This document shows, piece after piece, positions 1 through 9,249 of a stretch of 64,000 nucleotides of DNA. Source of the stretch: Candidatus Omnitrophota bacterium (GTDB taxonomy: Bacteria > Omnitrophota > Gorgyraeia > JABMRN01 > RBG-13-46-9). The position numbers were made by a program, and so were the translations under genes. The stretch's first letter is position 1. Each line of letters opens with the position of its first letter. Location of the stretch: positions 97 to 64,096 of the forward strand of contig JBDRHE010000059.1 in the NCBI GenBank assembly GCA_043817155.1, given 5' to 3'. Below the pieces are notes generated by a model. The model had not been told where the DNA came from. It made no database searches and saw nothing but the letters and a program-made list of their open reading frames with translations.

Positions 1-56
1 AGAAGAATATGAGCCTGCGCCGAAGCCCCTCACCTCTGGCTTACACGCTCTAATGA

Positions 57-239
57 TGCTCGTGTGGGGCAATTCTGTAGCGACTCTCCAAATTTCATAT
101 ACAATCGATCCATAAAGAGTTATGACATCTTAGGACAATCTTTTGTCCTTTTATGACAATATGAAATTTGGATGAGAGCTCTCTAAGATGATCGCTCATC
201 TTAGAGAGCGGCAAGCGGAAGAATTGCCCCACACGAGCA
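57..239. repeat. Nested foldback element 1 (multi-branched inverted-repeat structure)
   Basis: Perfect 20-bp IR TGCTCGTGTGGGGCAATTCT 57-76 / 220-239. Inner 14-bp IR 87-100 / 159-172. Hairpin 132-138 / 143-149. Side hairpin of 14 bp, 178-191 / 196-209. Confidence 0.9.
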
Positions 240-315
240 ATAATTAACTAGCCCGGTAATTCTAACCAGGTTAGAAATGCGTTTAATATTGTAAACGCTT
301 ACATGAAAGAGGTGT

Positions 316-584
316 AGAGAAGAAGAACAGAATTCATTCCCCGGAAAATGTTTACCTCAACCGTCTATAAGGTAACGCCTTTTATTGAGATAAGAAGAGG
401 GGATGCCGCAACTCACCCCACACCAAAGGTGTGGGGTTCAAACATAGCGGCATCCTTTTTGTATGAAAATATCCGCCTTCGCCAAAACTCCGGAGGACAG
501 ATTCTTACTAATGAAACCTCTTCTAATCTCAATAAAAGGCTAACATTTTCCAATGGGCCCCTTTGAATTCTGTTCTTCTTCTCT
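316..584. repeat. Nested foldback element 2
   Basis: Perfect 21-bp IR AGAGAAGAAGAACAGAATTCA 316-336 / 564-584. Inner stems 343-352 / 542-551 and 377-400 / 517-540 (one mismatch). Internal hairpin 401-409 / 447-455 encloses ACCCCACACC-AAA-GGTGTGGGGT (415-437). Confidence 0.9.
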
Positions 585-630
585 TCATTCAGCAGACATG
601 TGCAATTTCAATATCCCGTACGCTACAAAC

Positions 631-817
631 CCTTGCTATAAATGCCGTAATGGAGGCGAATTTAAAATTTCTCCCATTCATGCCTTTCGAGCGTGGTTTT
701 AGGGCTTACGGTGAGCAAATCACGTATATCTTGGCTTACGACAGAAGATTTGCGAACCGTAAGTCTAAAACCACGGGAGAAATTTTATGAGCCGGAATTA
801 CGGCATTTGTAACAAGG
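631..817. repeat. Nested foldback element 3, abutting the stop codon of the last operon gene
   Basis: Stems 631-651 / 797-817 (2 non-WC pairs), 663-674 / 776-787, 692-712 / 756-775 (one bulge, one G-T) and 715-721 / 747-753. Confidence 0.88.
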
Positions 818-819
818 TT

Positions 820-1722
820 TTAATGCGGGAAGATTGAAAGGATAAAGCCTGATATGTTTCCCCTGGCTCTAAGGAGATAATTCCTATCTCTTAGAAATAT
901 ACCCTTAACAAGGTTATTCAGGAATAGACCGAAACAGGCCCAAAGGCATAGCGATGAGGAGAGTTCGGCGTTCTTCTTCACAAAGTACAACCTGTTTAAT
1001 ACCTGCATCCTTCCGAGAGTAACACTTGCCCCGGTAACGCTTTCAGAGTTCGATAAGTGCCTTACCCTGGCATCGGCAACGACAAATAACTTAAAACCCT
1101 TGCCGACTCTATAGCTGAAGTCAAGGTCTTCGCAGTGCGCATAGCCTGTGAATTTCTCATCGAAACGGAATTTTTCGAAGACCTGCCTCCGGTATACCAT
1201 TGCGCATCCGCTCAACCATCCGACTGGGATAGTCTCGGCAACTTGGCACTGCTTGCTTTGGAAGCCGGAACGCATAACCATTCCGGGTCTCTCAGTATTC
1301 ACCAGAAATAGCTTTTCGAGGATTGAAGGTCTTCTGAGTCTATCACTCACGTTATTGAATGATGCCCCGCCCGTATCAGGGCTTGCGCTCTCCCAGAATT
1401 TCATCATATTTAAGAGCGAATCCTTCTCTATGACTATATCGTCATCGAAGAAGGCAATAAGGGTTGCCGTATCTCCCAAAGCCTTTACTCCGATGTTCCT
1501 CTGCATCGGCAGCGAAGCGGGCCTCTTCTCAACATATCTTATATTCAGATCCTTAAATCGATCTCTCTTCGAAAGACCTTTAAGAGGAGTCTCTCCCCCA
1601 TCTATAATTAACGTCTCTCCGGGCTTAAAAGCCCCCTGATCGATGCTCTCCAGAAGACGTATAAGCTCATTAGGTCTATCCTTCGTAGCAATAATTATGG
1701 TCAGTTCTTCTTTAGATAGCAT
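820..1722 (-). CDS. Glycosyltransferase family 2
   Basis: LTIIIATKDRP start, RNIGV, FFDDD (DxD), FDEKFTGY..CEDLDFSYR. Start set at ATG 1722. Confidence 0.9.
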   Translation of the reverse strand: MLSKEELTIIIATKDRPNELIRLLESIDQGAFKPGETLIIDGGETPLKGLSKRDRFKDLNIRYVEKRPASLPMQRNIGVKALGDTATLIAFFDDDIVIEKDSLLNMMKFWESASPDTGGASFNNVSDRLRRPSILEKLFLVNTERPGMVMRSGFQSKQCQVAETIPVGWLSGCAMVYRRQVFEKFRFDEKFTGYAHCEDLDFSYRVGKGFKLFVVADARVRHLSNSESVTGASVTLGRMQVLNRLYFVKKNAELSSSLCLWACFGLFLNNLVKGIFLRDRNYLLRARGNISGFILSIFPH

Positions 1723-2815
1723 TCTTAAACAGCGCATATCGCAATCTTGTCAAAATATCCTCGATCACAAGCTTCGGCATACATCGAATGTTATATGGAT
1801 AACCGCAAGAGCAACCGGCGCATCTCTTATAAAACATATTCTTCTTTGCCGCCCTATACCTCGTTTCCTTTCTTAAATCCGCTAAAGGCCGGTCTTTAAG
1901 ATTTCCAAAGGCCCCCATCGCATAACATCCTCCCAGAAGATTACCGTAAGGATCTATATTTATCCTGTCCTGGGAGCTTACGCATGGTATTTTTCCCTGA
2001 CGCGGATCATCGAAATAGCGCTCAATATATCCAATAGCCGGAAAGCTCAGCAATAGAGACTTTGGCTTTTTGCGCTTCGCGGCTTTGAGTATCTCCAGAA
2101 ATCTGTCGAATTCTTTGTTCTTTCGTATCCAGAACGTCTCCCTGTTCTCATCCACTTGGAAGATAGAAGAATTCTTATCCAGGAGACACACAGAAACGGG
2201 TAGAGAAAGGCTATCGGCTAGATCTTTGACATCTTCAAAGTGCCGTATCGTATCTTTCATAAGCGTAAAATTTACCGACGCGTCTATCCCCTTCCTCTTT
2301 TTCATATTTGAAATCAATATAGCGGACTCTTCCACCTTTGCGAAAGAACCGGATATCCCCCGAATTTTTGCGTACTCGTCTCCGAGCGCATCTATTGAGA
2401 CAACTACGGACCGCAAACCCGCTTTTATGAGGCCATCTAGCCTTCCTTCATCCAGAAGCATTCCATTTGTGGTTAGCCCTACGGTGAGACCATTTCGCCG
2501 GCTGAACGAAATAAGATCTTCGAGGTCTCCCCTTAAGAGAGGCTCCCCGCCGCTAAAGTGCACATTCTTAATTCCATTCTTCTTAAAGTCTTGGATGATC
2601 TTCTTCCATTCATCGGCTGACAACTCTCTTCCGGAAGGCTGCCTCCATTGCCGGCACATAACACATCTCAGATTACATCTATTTGTTATCAAGATGTTGC
2701 ACGAGCTGGCTTTGATCTCGAAAAGCCGATACGTCCCCGGCATTCCGGTTAAAAGACCGGTCTTTATTATTGTCGGAATATAATTTGCAACTATCTTTCG
2801 TATCCGTTTATACAT
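1712..2815 (-). CDS. Radical SAM protein with SPASM/twitch-like C-terminus
   Basis: CNLRCVMC, FSGGEP, LTTNG; C-terminal Cys (PCVS..GGC..CAGCSCG). Confidence 0.92.
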   Translation of the reverse strand: MYKRIRKIVANYIPTIIKTGLLTGMPGTYRLFEIKASSCNILITNRCNLRCVMCRQWRQPSGRELSADEWKKIIQDFKKNGIKNVHFSGGEPLLRGDLEDLISFSRRNGLTVGLTTNGMLLDEGRLDGLIKAGLRSVVVSIDALGDEYAKIRGISGSFAKVEESAILISNMKKRKGIDASVNFTLMKDTIRHFEDVKDLADSLSLPVSVCLLDKNSSIFQVDENRETFWIRKNKEFDRFLEILKAAKRKKPKSLLLSFPAIGYIERYFDDPRQGKIPCVSSQDRINIDPYGNLLGGCYAMGAFGNLKDRPLADLRKETRYRAAKKNMFYKRCAGCSCGYPYNIRCMPKLVIEDILTRLRYALFKNAI

Positions 2816-4740
2816 TAATATTCGATCCTGTAAATAACAAAACGGGCGCCGGGTTTTTTATGGAAACGGCCGGGGGTATTTTTAAAAGCTTTGACTAATG
2901 TTACGTTCTTTTGCGGCAATAGTCTCTCGATAGACGGCATCGCCTCTTCGTCACTGGTATTGGGGCCCTGATTATAATAGATAAGCTCCGGCTGATATTC
3001 GATGGCGAGCTTGCGGAGACTCTCGGCGCGATCCTCCTCTTTTGTAGCTGCGGTTTTAATATTCTTATAGCCGGAGGGGATATAAACGCGCGTATAGTGG
3101 TCAGCTACGATCGTTGTATCAGCAGGAATATTATTAGCCCACCATTCTCTTACATCATAGATAACATCCTCATACCTGCGAAGCTGGAGCAATCTTAACG
3201 ATGTCGTTTCAATTGCATTCATTAATATCTGCGCAAAAAATAATATGCCGAGAAAAATAAGAACCAACTTTTTGAGCAATACTTTGCCGTTAAGTAAAGT
3301 CCCCAGCATACAAAACCCCTGCATGCTTAAAATGGACATAGCAATAAAAAATGGGAGTATATTATGGTCTTCCAGCCTTATCATGGAAAACATAACGACA
3401 AAGGATGGCACGATAAATATAAGCAAAATGAGTCTTTTGTATAATTGCAATAAACTATTTTTTTCAATACCGGGCTGACCGGCTTTGACCTGAAGTGAAG
3501 ATATATCCCGCTTATGTTTCTGATAGAGCTCAACGCCTAAATAAACTATAAATAAAGCAAAGATGATCGGGACGAATGCCGTGATGATGTGGACTATATT
3601 TTGCAACAAGATATATGCTATTCCTTTTTCAGACAACATATTGGTAGCCCTGCTTGTAGTGGCAACAGGACCTAACTGCGCGTATATAGTGATAAAATGC
3701 TGCGGGGTAATAATCCATCTAAAACCAAAAAAGAGAAGAAAACCCGTAAACATTGCGCATGCGCGCAATGAATGTGAATTCAGCTCATTAACGAACGATA
3801 TGATCTTCTTCAGTAAGGGATTCCTGGTTTTATCCAAGACAAGGATTGCCAGCGATAAAAGAATAAGACAAAATCCGGCCAAAGACATAGCGAGCATAAG
3901 CCTATTTTCTAATAAACTTCCCAAAAAACCAAACTGTTCATACCATGTAAAGCCGGAAGACTTACGCACGTAAAAACGGATAAAAATGAGAGGAAGTATG
4001 CCTACAATTAAGCCGATCGATGACGGGAAGACCCATGATAACTTAAGTTCGCGGAAAACCTCTTTACCGGAAATACTATTTTGGTAACGCTTTGCGAAAA
4101 ACATAGAGGCGATTACGGCTGCCACCAAAAAGATGCCGGCAAATTTAACCAAAAAACCGATTGCCGCGCAGGCGACCGCTATATATAGATTCCTCCTTCT
4201 AAAGGGATTCTCGCAAGCACGCAGAGCGTAATCCAATCCTATTATCATGATCAGTAAAACTAGAGGTTCGGGCTTTGCGTTGGTGAAGAAATAGGCCACA
4301 GCCGGCCTAACCGCTAAGAGCGCAACAGCCAATGCCGGTTGCCAACCATCCCCAAAATGGTATTTTACCAGGCGCCATAGGAAAAAAAACGCCAGGATCC
4401 ATGAAAGGAGGTGCATCCAGCGTAATATCATAATAAATGTTCCCGGTGTAAAATGGATCAAATTGGATGGAATGAGTCGAGCAAAATCCGCCAAATAACG
4501 CATTTCGAGTCCGTAATCAAAATCCCATTGAAAGCTCGCCCTCTTTTCACCGGTAAAATAGAACCAGGTAAGATCCATCATCCCGCCTTCATCGCCATTA
4601 AAATAAACGATCATATTCGGGTCGTTTATATTGTCGTTCATGCTGGGTGCTATTAATAGGAAAGTAGCGGCGCATATGACTGCCATAAATGCCCCGGCCG
4701 CCATTTGTTTATAAAAGATTCTTCTATTTATTTCGGACAT
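2815..4740 (-). CDS. Polytopic membrane protein, ArnT/PMT-like GT-C glycosyltransferase
   Basis: Many hydrophobic segments; DE after the first TM (NGDEG); KPE motif; AIGFLVKFAG; soluble C-terminal domain. Start set at ATG 4740. Confidence 0.65.
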   Translation of the reverse strand: MSEINRRIFYKQMAAGAFMAVICAATFLLIAPSMNDNINDPNMIVYFNGDEGGMMDLTWFYFTGEKRASFQWDFDYGLEMRYLADFARLIPSNLIHFTPGTFIMILRWMHLLSWILAFFFLWRLVKYHFGDGWQPALAVALLAVRPAVAYFFTNAKPEPLVLLIMIIGLDYALRACENPFRRRNLYIAVACAAIGFLVKFAGIFLVAAVIASMFFAKRYQNSISGKEVFRELKLSWVFPSSIGLIVGILPLIFIRFYVRKSSGFTWYEQFGFLGSLLENRLMLAMSLAGFCLILLSLAILVLDKTRNPLLKKIISFVNELNSHSLRACAMFTGFLLFFGFRWIITPQHFITIYAQLGPVATTSRATNMLSEKGIAYILLQNIVHIITAFVPIIFALFIVYLGVELYQKHKRDISSLQVKAGQPGIEKNSLLQLYKRLILLIFIVPSFVVMFSMIRLEDHNILPFFIAMSILSMQGFCMLGTLLNGKVLLKKLVLIFLGILFFAQILMNAIETTSLRLLQLRRYEDVIYDVREWWANNIPADTTIVADHYTRVYIPSGYKNIKTAATKEEDRAESLRKLAIEYQPELIYYNQGPNTSDEEAMPSIERLLPQKNVTLVKAFKNTPGRFHKKPGARFVIYRIEY

Positions 4741-4766
4741 TATATCTGCTTTTCCTTCATCATTTT

Positions 4767-5192
4767 TTAATCTTCCCAGTAATAGCCGCATTTTATATAC
4801 CGGCATTCATCTTTTTTGTCAAATGGGTACACCTTGCATATAAAAGGAAGAGCGTCAAAACCTTTCTCCTTCCATAATAGGCATATCTCTGTCTTATAAT
4901 CCCAATATCTGCAAACGAACTGAAACCTTCCGATTCTGTGAGAAGGGGCATAGCCGCAACACCCGCATTTTTTGCACTGGCCCTTCCTTGTTTTGAGGCT
5001 ATTTTTTATATATCCCTTGCGAAAGATCATATAAAAATGTCTTCTTAATTGGCACTTAATACACGATGGAGATAATAAGCTCTTCTTGTGGTTCAGCATT
5101 GCTCTTTGTTTATCCGAGACTTTAAGATCGCCGTTCACTGCCGAATCTTTATGACATGCGTTTACCTGCGAATTATTTGAAATCGAACACAT
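4767..5192 (-). CDS. Small cysteine-cluster protein (YkgJ/CxxCxxCC-like)
   Basis: CKKCGCC, CRYWD, ICLLW, CKVYPF, CGYYW. Start uncertain. Confidence 0.65.
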   Translation of the reverse strand: MCSISNNSQVNACHKDSAVNGDLKVSDKQRAMLNHKKSLLSPSCIKCQLRRHFYMIFRKGYIKNSLKTRKGQCKKCGCCGYAPSHRIGRFQFVCRYWDYKTEICLLWKEKGFDALPFICKVYPFDKKDECRYIKCGYYWED

Positions 5193-5261
5193 CTAAACTT
5201 GCTCCTTTCATCTTTATCAGCATGAGCTTTTAAAAAGTAGCTGAACAAAGTTACTATGCGC

Positions 5262-6788
5262 CTACCCCTTCATTATATTAGTGCGTTCTGCCTTCTTCCT
5301 TGTTATGCTAAGAATTAAAACCTTAAGAGATATTGTGAGAGCTCTTTTAAATATTATAAGGAAAAATTTTGTGAAGGCTAACAAGACATCCGGCTTAAAA
5401 TACCACCTCTTCGGTAGCGATAGCACGCCTCCGCCGGATAGGGGTGATTTAAAGAGCATCTTATATAAGATTCGCGGTCTAAAATAGAACGTTAAGTTAG
5501 CCACGATCGTATCGAATATAAGGACCGGTGGATGTGTATCTTTAGGAACATACGACAAATCATCACCCTGCATATAGTGTTGGTTGCTGAAATTGGTCCA
5601 ATTCTCATGAATATGGAGCCCATTCTCCTCTTTGCCTATCCTAAAAAGCTCTGTGCCCGGATAGGGTATCGCGATGTTGAATCTGGCGCCATCAAGAGGC
5701 AGCTTGCACATCAATTTTAGCGTATCGTAGCGGTCTTTCCGTGTTTCCGACGGTAAGCCAAATATTAAAGATGCATCCGCTAAAATACCGACTTCATTAC
5801 ACATCTTTATGGCTCTCAGGTTATCTTCTACCAGCTCTTTTTTGTTAATAATTTTCATAAGACGCTCTGATCCGGTTTCAACGCCAAATGCCAAAGATAC
5901 AAAATTACAATCTTTAAGCCTTTCAAGCATCTCATAATCAACCTCTTTGCCCCTCGATGTGCCGATAAAGGCGACTTTCTTGTGGTATCCGCTGGCTATT
6001 ATCGCGTCCAATAATTCATACAGTCTTCTTTTGTTTATTGTAATACTGTCATCTATAAACCATATCTTCTTCTGGCCGTATCTATCAACAAGTTTTTTTA
6101 TATCCTCTACTATGCGCGTAGCGGAATAAAATCTATATGCCTTTCCGGATATTGCCCTTTGAGAGCAGAAGATACAATCGAATGGACATCCCCTTGAGCT
6201 TATGATCGTCCCAAAATCTCCATAGCTCTCACTGTCTTTTTCAAACAATTCATAATAAAACGGAGGAAGATCGTCGAGATTCTTTATCAGCTCTCTATCT
6301 GAATTATGAAAAACCTTAGAATCTGTTTTATATGATATGCCTTTAATATCTTTATAATCTTTTCCATTTTTGAGACATTCATAGAGTTCGCCGAGTGTCA
6401 GCTCCCCTTCCTTTCTTACGGCTACATCAGCTCCGGATTTAATAAGTATATCTTCGGGCAGAACACTCGGGTGTATCCCCCCTAAGACAACAGTCACTTT
6501 CGGATCGATAGATTTTACCATCCCTGTAAGCTCGATAACCCTCTTTGTCGTAATAGTGAGATTCGGGATTCCCACAATTCTGGGATGTTTTAATTTTGCA
6601 AGCTCGCCTTCCAGTCTATCCTGTGTCAACTCAACGATCTGCTCATCGATGACACCCACCTCATCTTTATTCTTCTCACGAAGATATGCCCCGAGAAAAC
6701 CGATGGATGTCGGAAAACAGGCGTATGTAAATTTCTTAACAACTGTTGGCTGCGATATTTTATCTACGGCGGGATTAATGAATAACAT
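5262..6788 (-). CDS. Cobalamin-binding-domain radical SAM protein
   Basis: MLFINP start, LGGIHPS, EGE, SSRGCPFDCIFC, FGVETGS, PYPGT. Confidence 0.93.
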   Translation of the reverse strand: MLFINPAVDKISQPTVVKKFTYACFPTSIGFLGAYLREKNKDEVGVIDEQIVELTQDRLEGELAKLKHPRIVGIPNLTITTKRVIELTGMVKSIDPKVTVVLGGIHPSVLPEDILIKSGADVAVRKEGELTLGELYECLKNGKDYKDIKGISYKTDSKVFHNSDRELIKNLDDLPPFYYELFEKDSESYGDFGTIISSRGCPFDCIFCSQRAISGKAYRFYSATRIVEDIKKLVDRYGQKKIWFIDDSITINKRRLYELLDAIIASGYHKKVAFIGTSRGKEVDYEMLERLKDCNFVSLAFGVETGSERLMKIINKKELVEDNLRAIKMCNEVGILADASLIFGLPSETRKDRYDTLKLMCKLPLDGARFNIAIPYPGTELFRIGKEENGLHIHENWTNFSNQHYMQGDDLSYVPKDTHPPVLIFDTIVANLTFYFRPRILYKMLFKSPLSGGGVLSLPKRWYFKPDVLLAFTKFFLIIFKRALTISLKVLILSITRKKAERTNIMKG

Positions 6789-6806
6789 TATCCTCTACCT
6801 TTCTAT

Positions 6807-7553
6807 CTAATGTTTCTTTCCTACACATATGAGACCAACGCCAAACGGAAAATTTATAAACTTGAGCATCTTTGACTCAATTCTCAATATGCGATATAGA
6901 ATCTTATTTAGAAGCCGCGGCACATAAAAAACATCGAGTAAAAATCTATCTTCTTTCGGTGCGCAAAAATAGCCGTATCTCTGCATTATCCTTATTGCCG
7001 CTATACCCGGGAACAGAAATGAATTCACATAACTCAGCTTCTTTATACTGAAATCGCTCTCTTGCATAATTTGTTTTAAGCTTCGACTCGTATATCTCCT
7101 CTTGTGATGAGCAAGATCGTCGTGGCGGCTCCATAAAAACTGGAAAGCGGAAGTCAATATAACGAGATGTCCGTCCTTCTTAAGGATCCTGTGCATCTCC
7201 TTAAGGAACGCCTCCTCTTTCGCGATATGTTCGATCAGACAAAAAGCTATAATGGTAGAAAATGAGTTGCGTTTAAAACCGGCATTCTCGGCTGATGTCC
7301 TTACCAGGCCGCGTATACCCCTTTTTTTGCAGAAGGCAACGGCTTCCTCTGAAATATCCGCCCCGTATACATTCCCGAAATGTCCCAGCGTCCTGGTAAG
7401 CCCTCCTGTCCCGCATCCGATGTCCAGAATCGCTACATCTTTCTGACTCGTGCAGAACCTATTGAGCATATCACCGCACATCCGCCTCATGCCCATGGTC
7501 CACCAGTGATCCTTTTCGAATTCGTACCACTGTTTATATATATCGGATTCCAT
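6807..7553 (-). CDS. Class I SAM-dependent methyltransferase
   Basis: EKDHWW, ILDIGCGTG, IEHI, LWSRHD..HHKRRY. Confidence 0.92.
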   Translation of the reverse strand: MESDIYKQWYEFEKDHWWTMGMRRMCGDMLNRFCTSQKDVAILDIGCGTGGLTRTLGHFGNVYGADISEEAVAFCKKRGIRGLVRTSAENAGFKRNSFSTIIAFCLIEHIAKEEAFLKEMHRILKKDGHLVILTSAFQFLWSRHDDLAHHKRRYTSRSLKQIMQESDFSIKKLSYVNSFLFPGIAAIRIMQRYGYFCAPKEDRFLLDVFYVPRLLNKILYRILRIESKMLKFINFPFGVGLICVGKKH

Positions 7554-7571
7554 GCATGCACCTTAAGAAGA

Positions 7572-8420
7572 TTACAGATCTGAGTAATTTATCAGCACAA
7601 TGTTATTAAGGCCGACTATCTCTTTCATTTCTTCGCTCATAAGAAGATCGTATTCCCGCACCCAATCGCAAGCCCACCCGTGTAAGTCCTTCAAAAACCC
7701 GTATCTTTTGCTGATCTCAAGGTTGTCGCTACCTGGATGAAAACCTATTTCCGTAACCCCTGGTCCGATGCGCGGTAAAACACGCCTCATATAAGAAGCA
7801 TCCATATTCCCGCTTCTAAAAAACCCGAGGAATCGGTCGGGACTCCGGTATCTTGTCTTGCGCAATACATTAACATATCTCGTAAAAAATGCAAATCCTA
7901 TCTTCACAAGATCGATTTCGCGATATTCATACCACGGAATATTAAGCGCCCTTATCCTTTGGACGCCATATTTTTTCAACAATGGGCTTAATATCTTAAA
8001 AATCGGCGGAAAAAAGTGAATGTGCTGATGACTGTCCAGATGCGTGGGCACGAGTCCTGAATCGATAAATCTGGCTATCTGAGTTTCGCATTCCACTTTG
8101 ATATGCTCCGGATTGATCTTTCGCTTAAATATCTTTGCGCATAGCTTAGAATAGTCTCCGGGTAACCTGCCGTTATCCTCGACTATCGACGGTATCTTTT
8201 CAGCCGGAGCAAGAGGCCTCTCTCCGGTCAATATAAGGTGAACTCCCACACCAAGATCTTTGTTTCTTTTTGCTATAGCTACGGCATCTTCGAATTCCTC
8301 GCCGTTGACTGCCAGTGATGCGCTCGTCAACATGCCCTCTCTATGCGCTTTTTCAACAGAAGTATTGATAGACACGTGCAATCCGAAATCATCCGCGTTT
8401 AAAATTAGACGTTTCTCCAT
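7572..8420 (-). CDS. YdjC/ChbG/HpnK family carbohydrate deacetylase
   Basis: LILNADDFG, GVGVHL, HLDSHQHIH, EIGFHPG. Start set at ATG 8420. Confidence 0.93.
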   Translation of the reverse strand: MEKRLILNADDFGLHVSINTSVEKAHREGMLTSASLAVNGEEFEDAVAIAKRNKDLGVGVHLILTGERPLAPAEKIPSIVEDNGRLPGDYSKLCAKIFKRKINPEHIKVECETQIARFIDSGLVPTHLDSHQHIHFFPPIFKILSPLLKKYGVQRIRALNIPWYEYREIDLVKIGFAFFTRYVNVLRKTRYRSPDRFLGFFRSGNMDASYMRRVLPRIGPGVTEIGFHPGSDNLEISKRYGFLKDLHGWACDWVREYDLLMSEEMKEIVGLNNIVLINYSDL

Positions 8421-8422
8421 CC

Positions 8423-9244
8423 TTATTTCCTTCTGCAAATTACGACCTGAAGTATCCCATCTTTGCACAATGTGGATAAAAAGAATATTATGCGAACAGC
8501 CGCCATATATAAAAACTTTGTAACGATACCGGACACCGGGTAATCAACGGCACGCGCGGGATGATTGTGATTGCGATGATCAACAATATCGAGGTCGTTC
8601 ATTATCATGAGCGTTCTGAGCGAGTTATTCGAAAAACATTGAAGGTGGTGCAGGTCATATAATCTTTTATATGCTGCGCTGATCCCTGCCCTTTTCAGGA
8701 CTCGCGCGATCCTGTATATCATGCTATCGTCATTATCTGTGACTGTAAACATGATACCGTCCGGCCTCAATAGATTTTTCATTCTTTTTACAAAGGAATG
8801 CGGCGAATCGAGATGTTCGACAACCGTAATATTGCAGATGACGTCAAAAGTATCTTCAATCTCGCTATTCATAATGTCGCCCTTAATATAATGTATACCC
8901 GGATCGTCGTTATCCGTTAGATCGATTCCATGGAGTTCGAACGCGGAATGCCTCTCTTTTAGATACTTCAGGAAATCTCCTCTGCCGCATCCGACATCGA
9001 GGATTCGAAGAGGCCCCTCGCCTTTAAGCCCTATTATCTTCTTACGAATAAGTTCAAACAGTTTGAAATCCGGGTTGCTAAACCAGTTCTTGTGGGAATC
9101 TGAAAAATAATCATCCCCGTATTTTTCCTGCTTTTCTTTAGGCATATCTTTAAAGATATGGCCACACGAAGCGCACCTATGAAGACTTAGGTCTTTGTCC
9201 TCCGGCGTTATCGAATTATGATTATGACAAATGCTACACTGCAC
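8423..9244 (-). CDS. Class I SAM methyltransferase with N-terminal Zn-ribbon
   Basis: CSIC...CASC, ILDVGCGRG, VVEHL. Confidence 0.88.
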   Translation of the reverse strand: MQCSICHNHNSITPEDKDLSLHRCASCGHIFKDMPKEKQEKYGDDYFSDSHKNWFSNPDFKLFELIRKKIIGLKGEGPLRILDVGCGRGDFLKYLKERHSAFELHGIDLTDNDDPGIHYIKGDIMNSEIEDTFDVICNITVVEHLDSPHSFVKRMKNLLRPDGIMFTVTDNDDSMIYRIARVLKRAGISAAYKRLYDLHHLQCFSNNSLRTLMIMNDLDIVDHRNHNHPARAVDYPVSGIVTKFLYMAAVRIIFFLSTLCKDGILQVVICRRK

Positions 9245-9249
9245 TTTTG

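Noticed and set aside
348-790. Plus-strand ORFs 348-566 (72 aa) and 563-790 (75 aa)
   Set aside because: No recognisable motifs or clear SD, and they run through long inverted repeats; likely incidental.
51-819. CRISPR array, integron attC array or group II intron interpretation of the hairpin region
   Set aside because: No repeated direct-repeat unit, no properly placed RYYYAAC/GTTRRRY boxes or cassette ORFs, and no domain V consensus.
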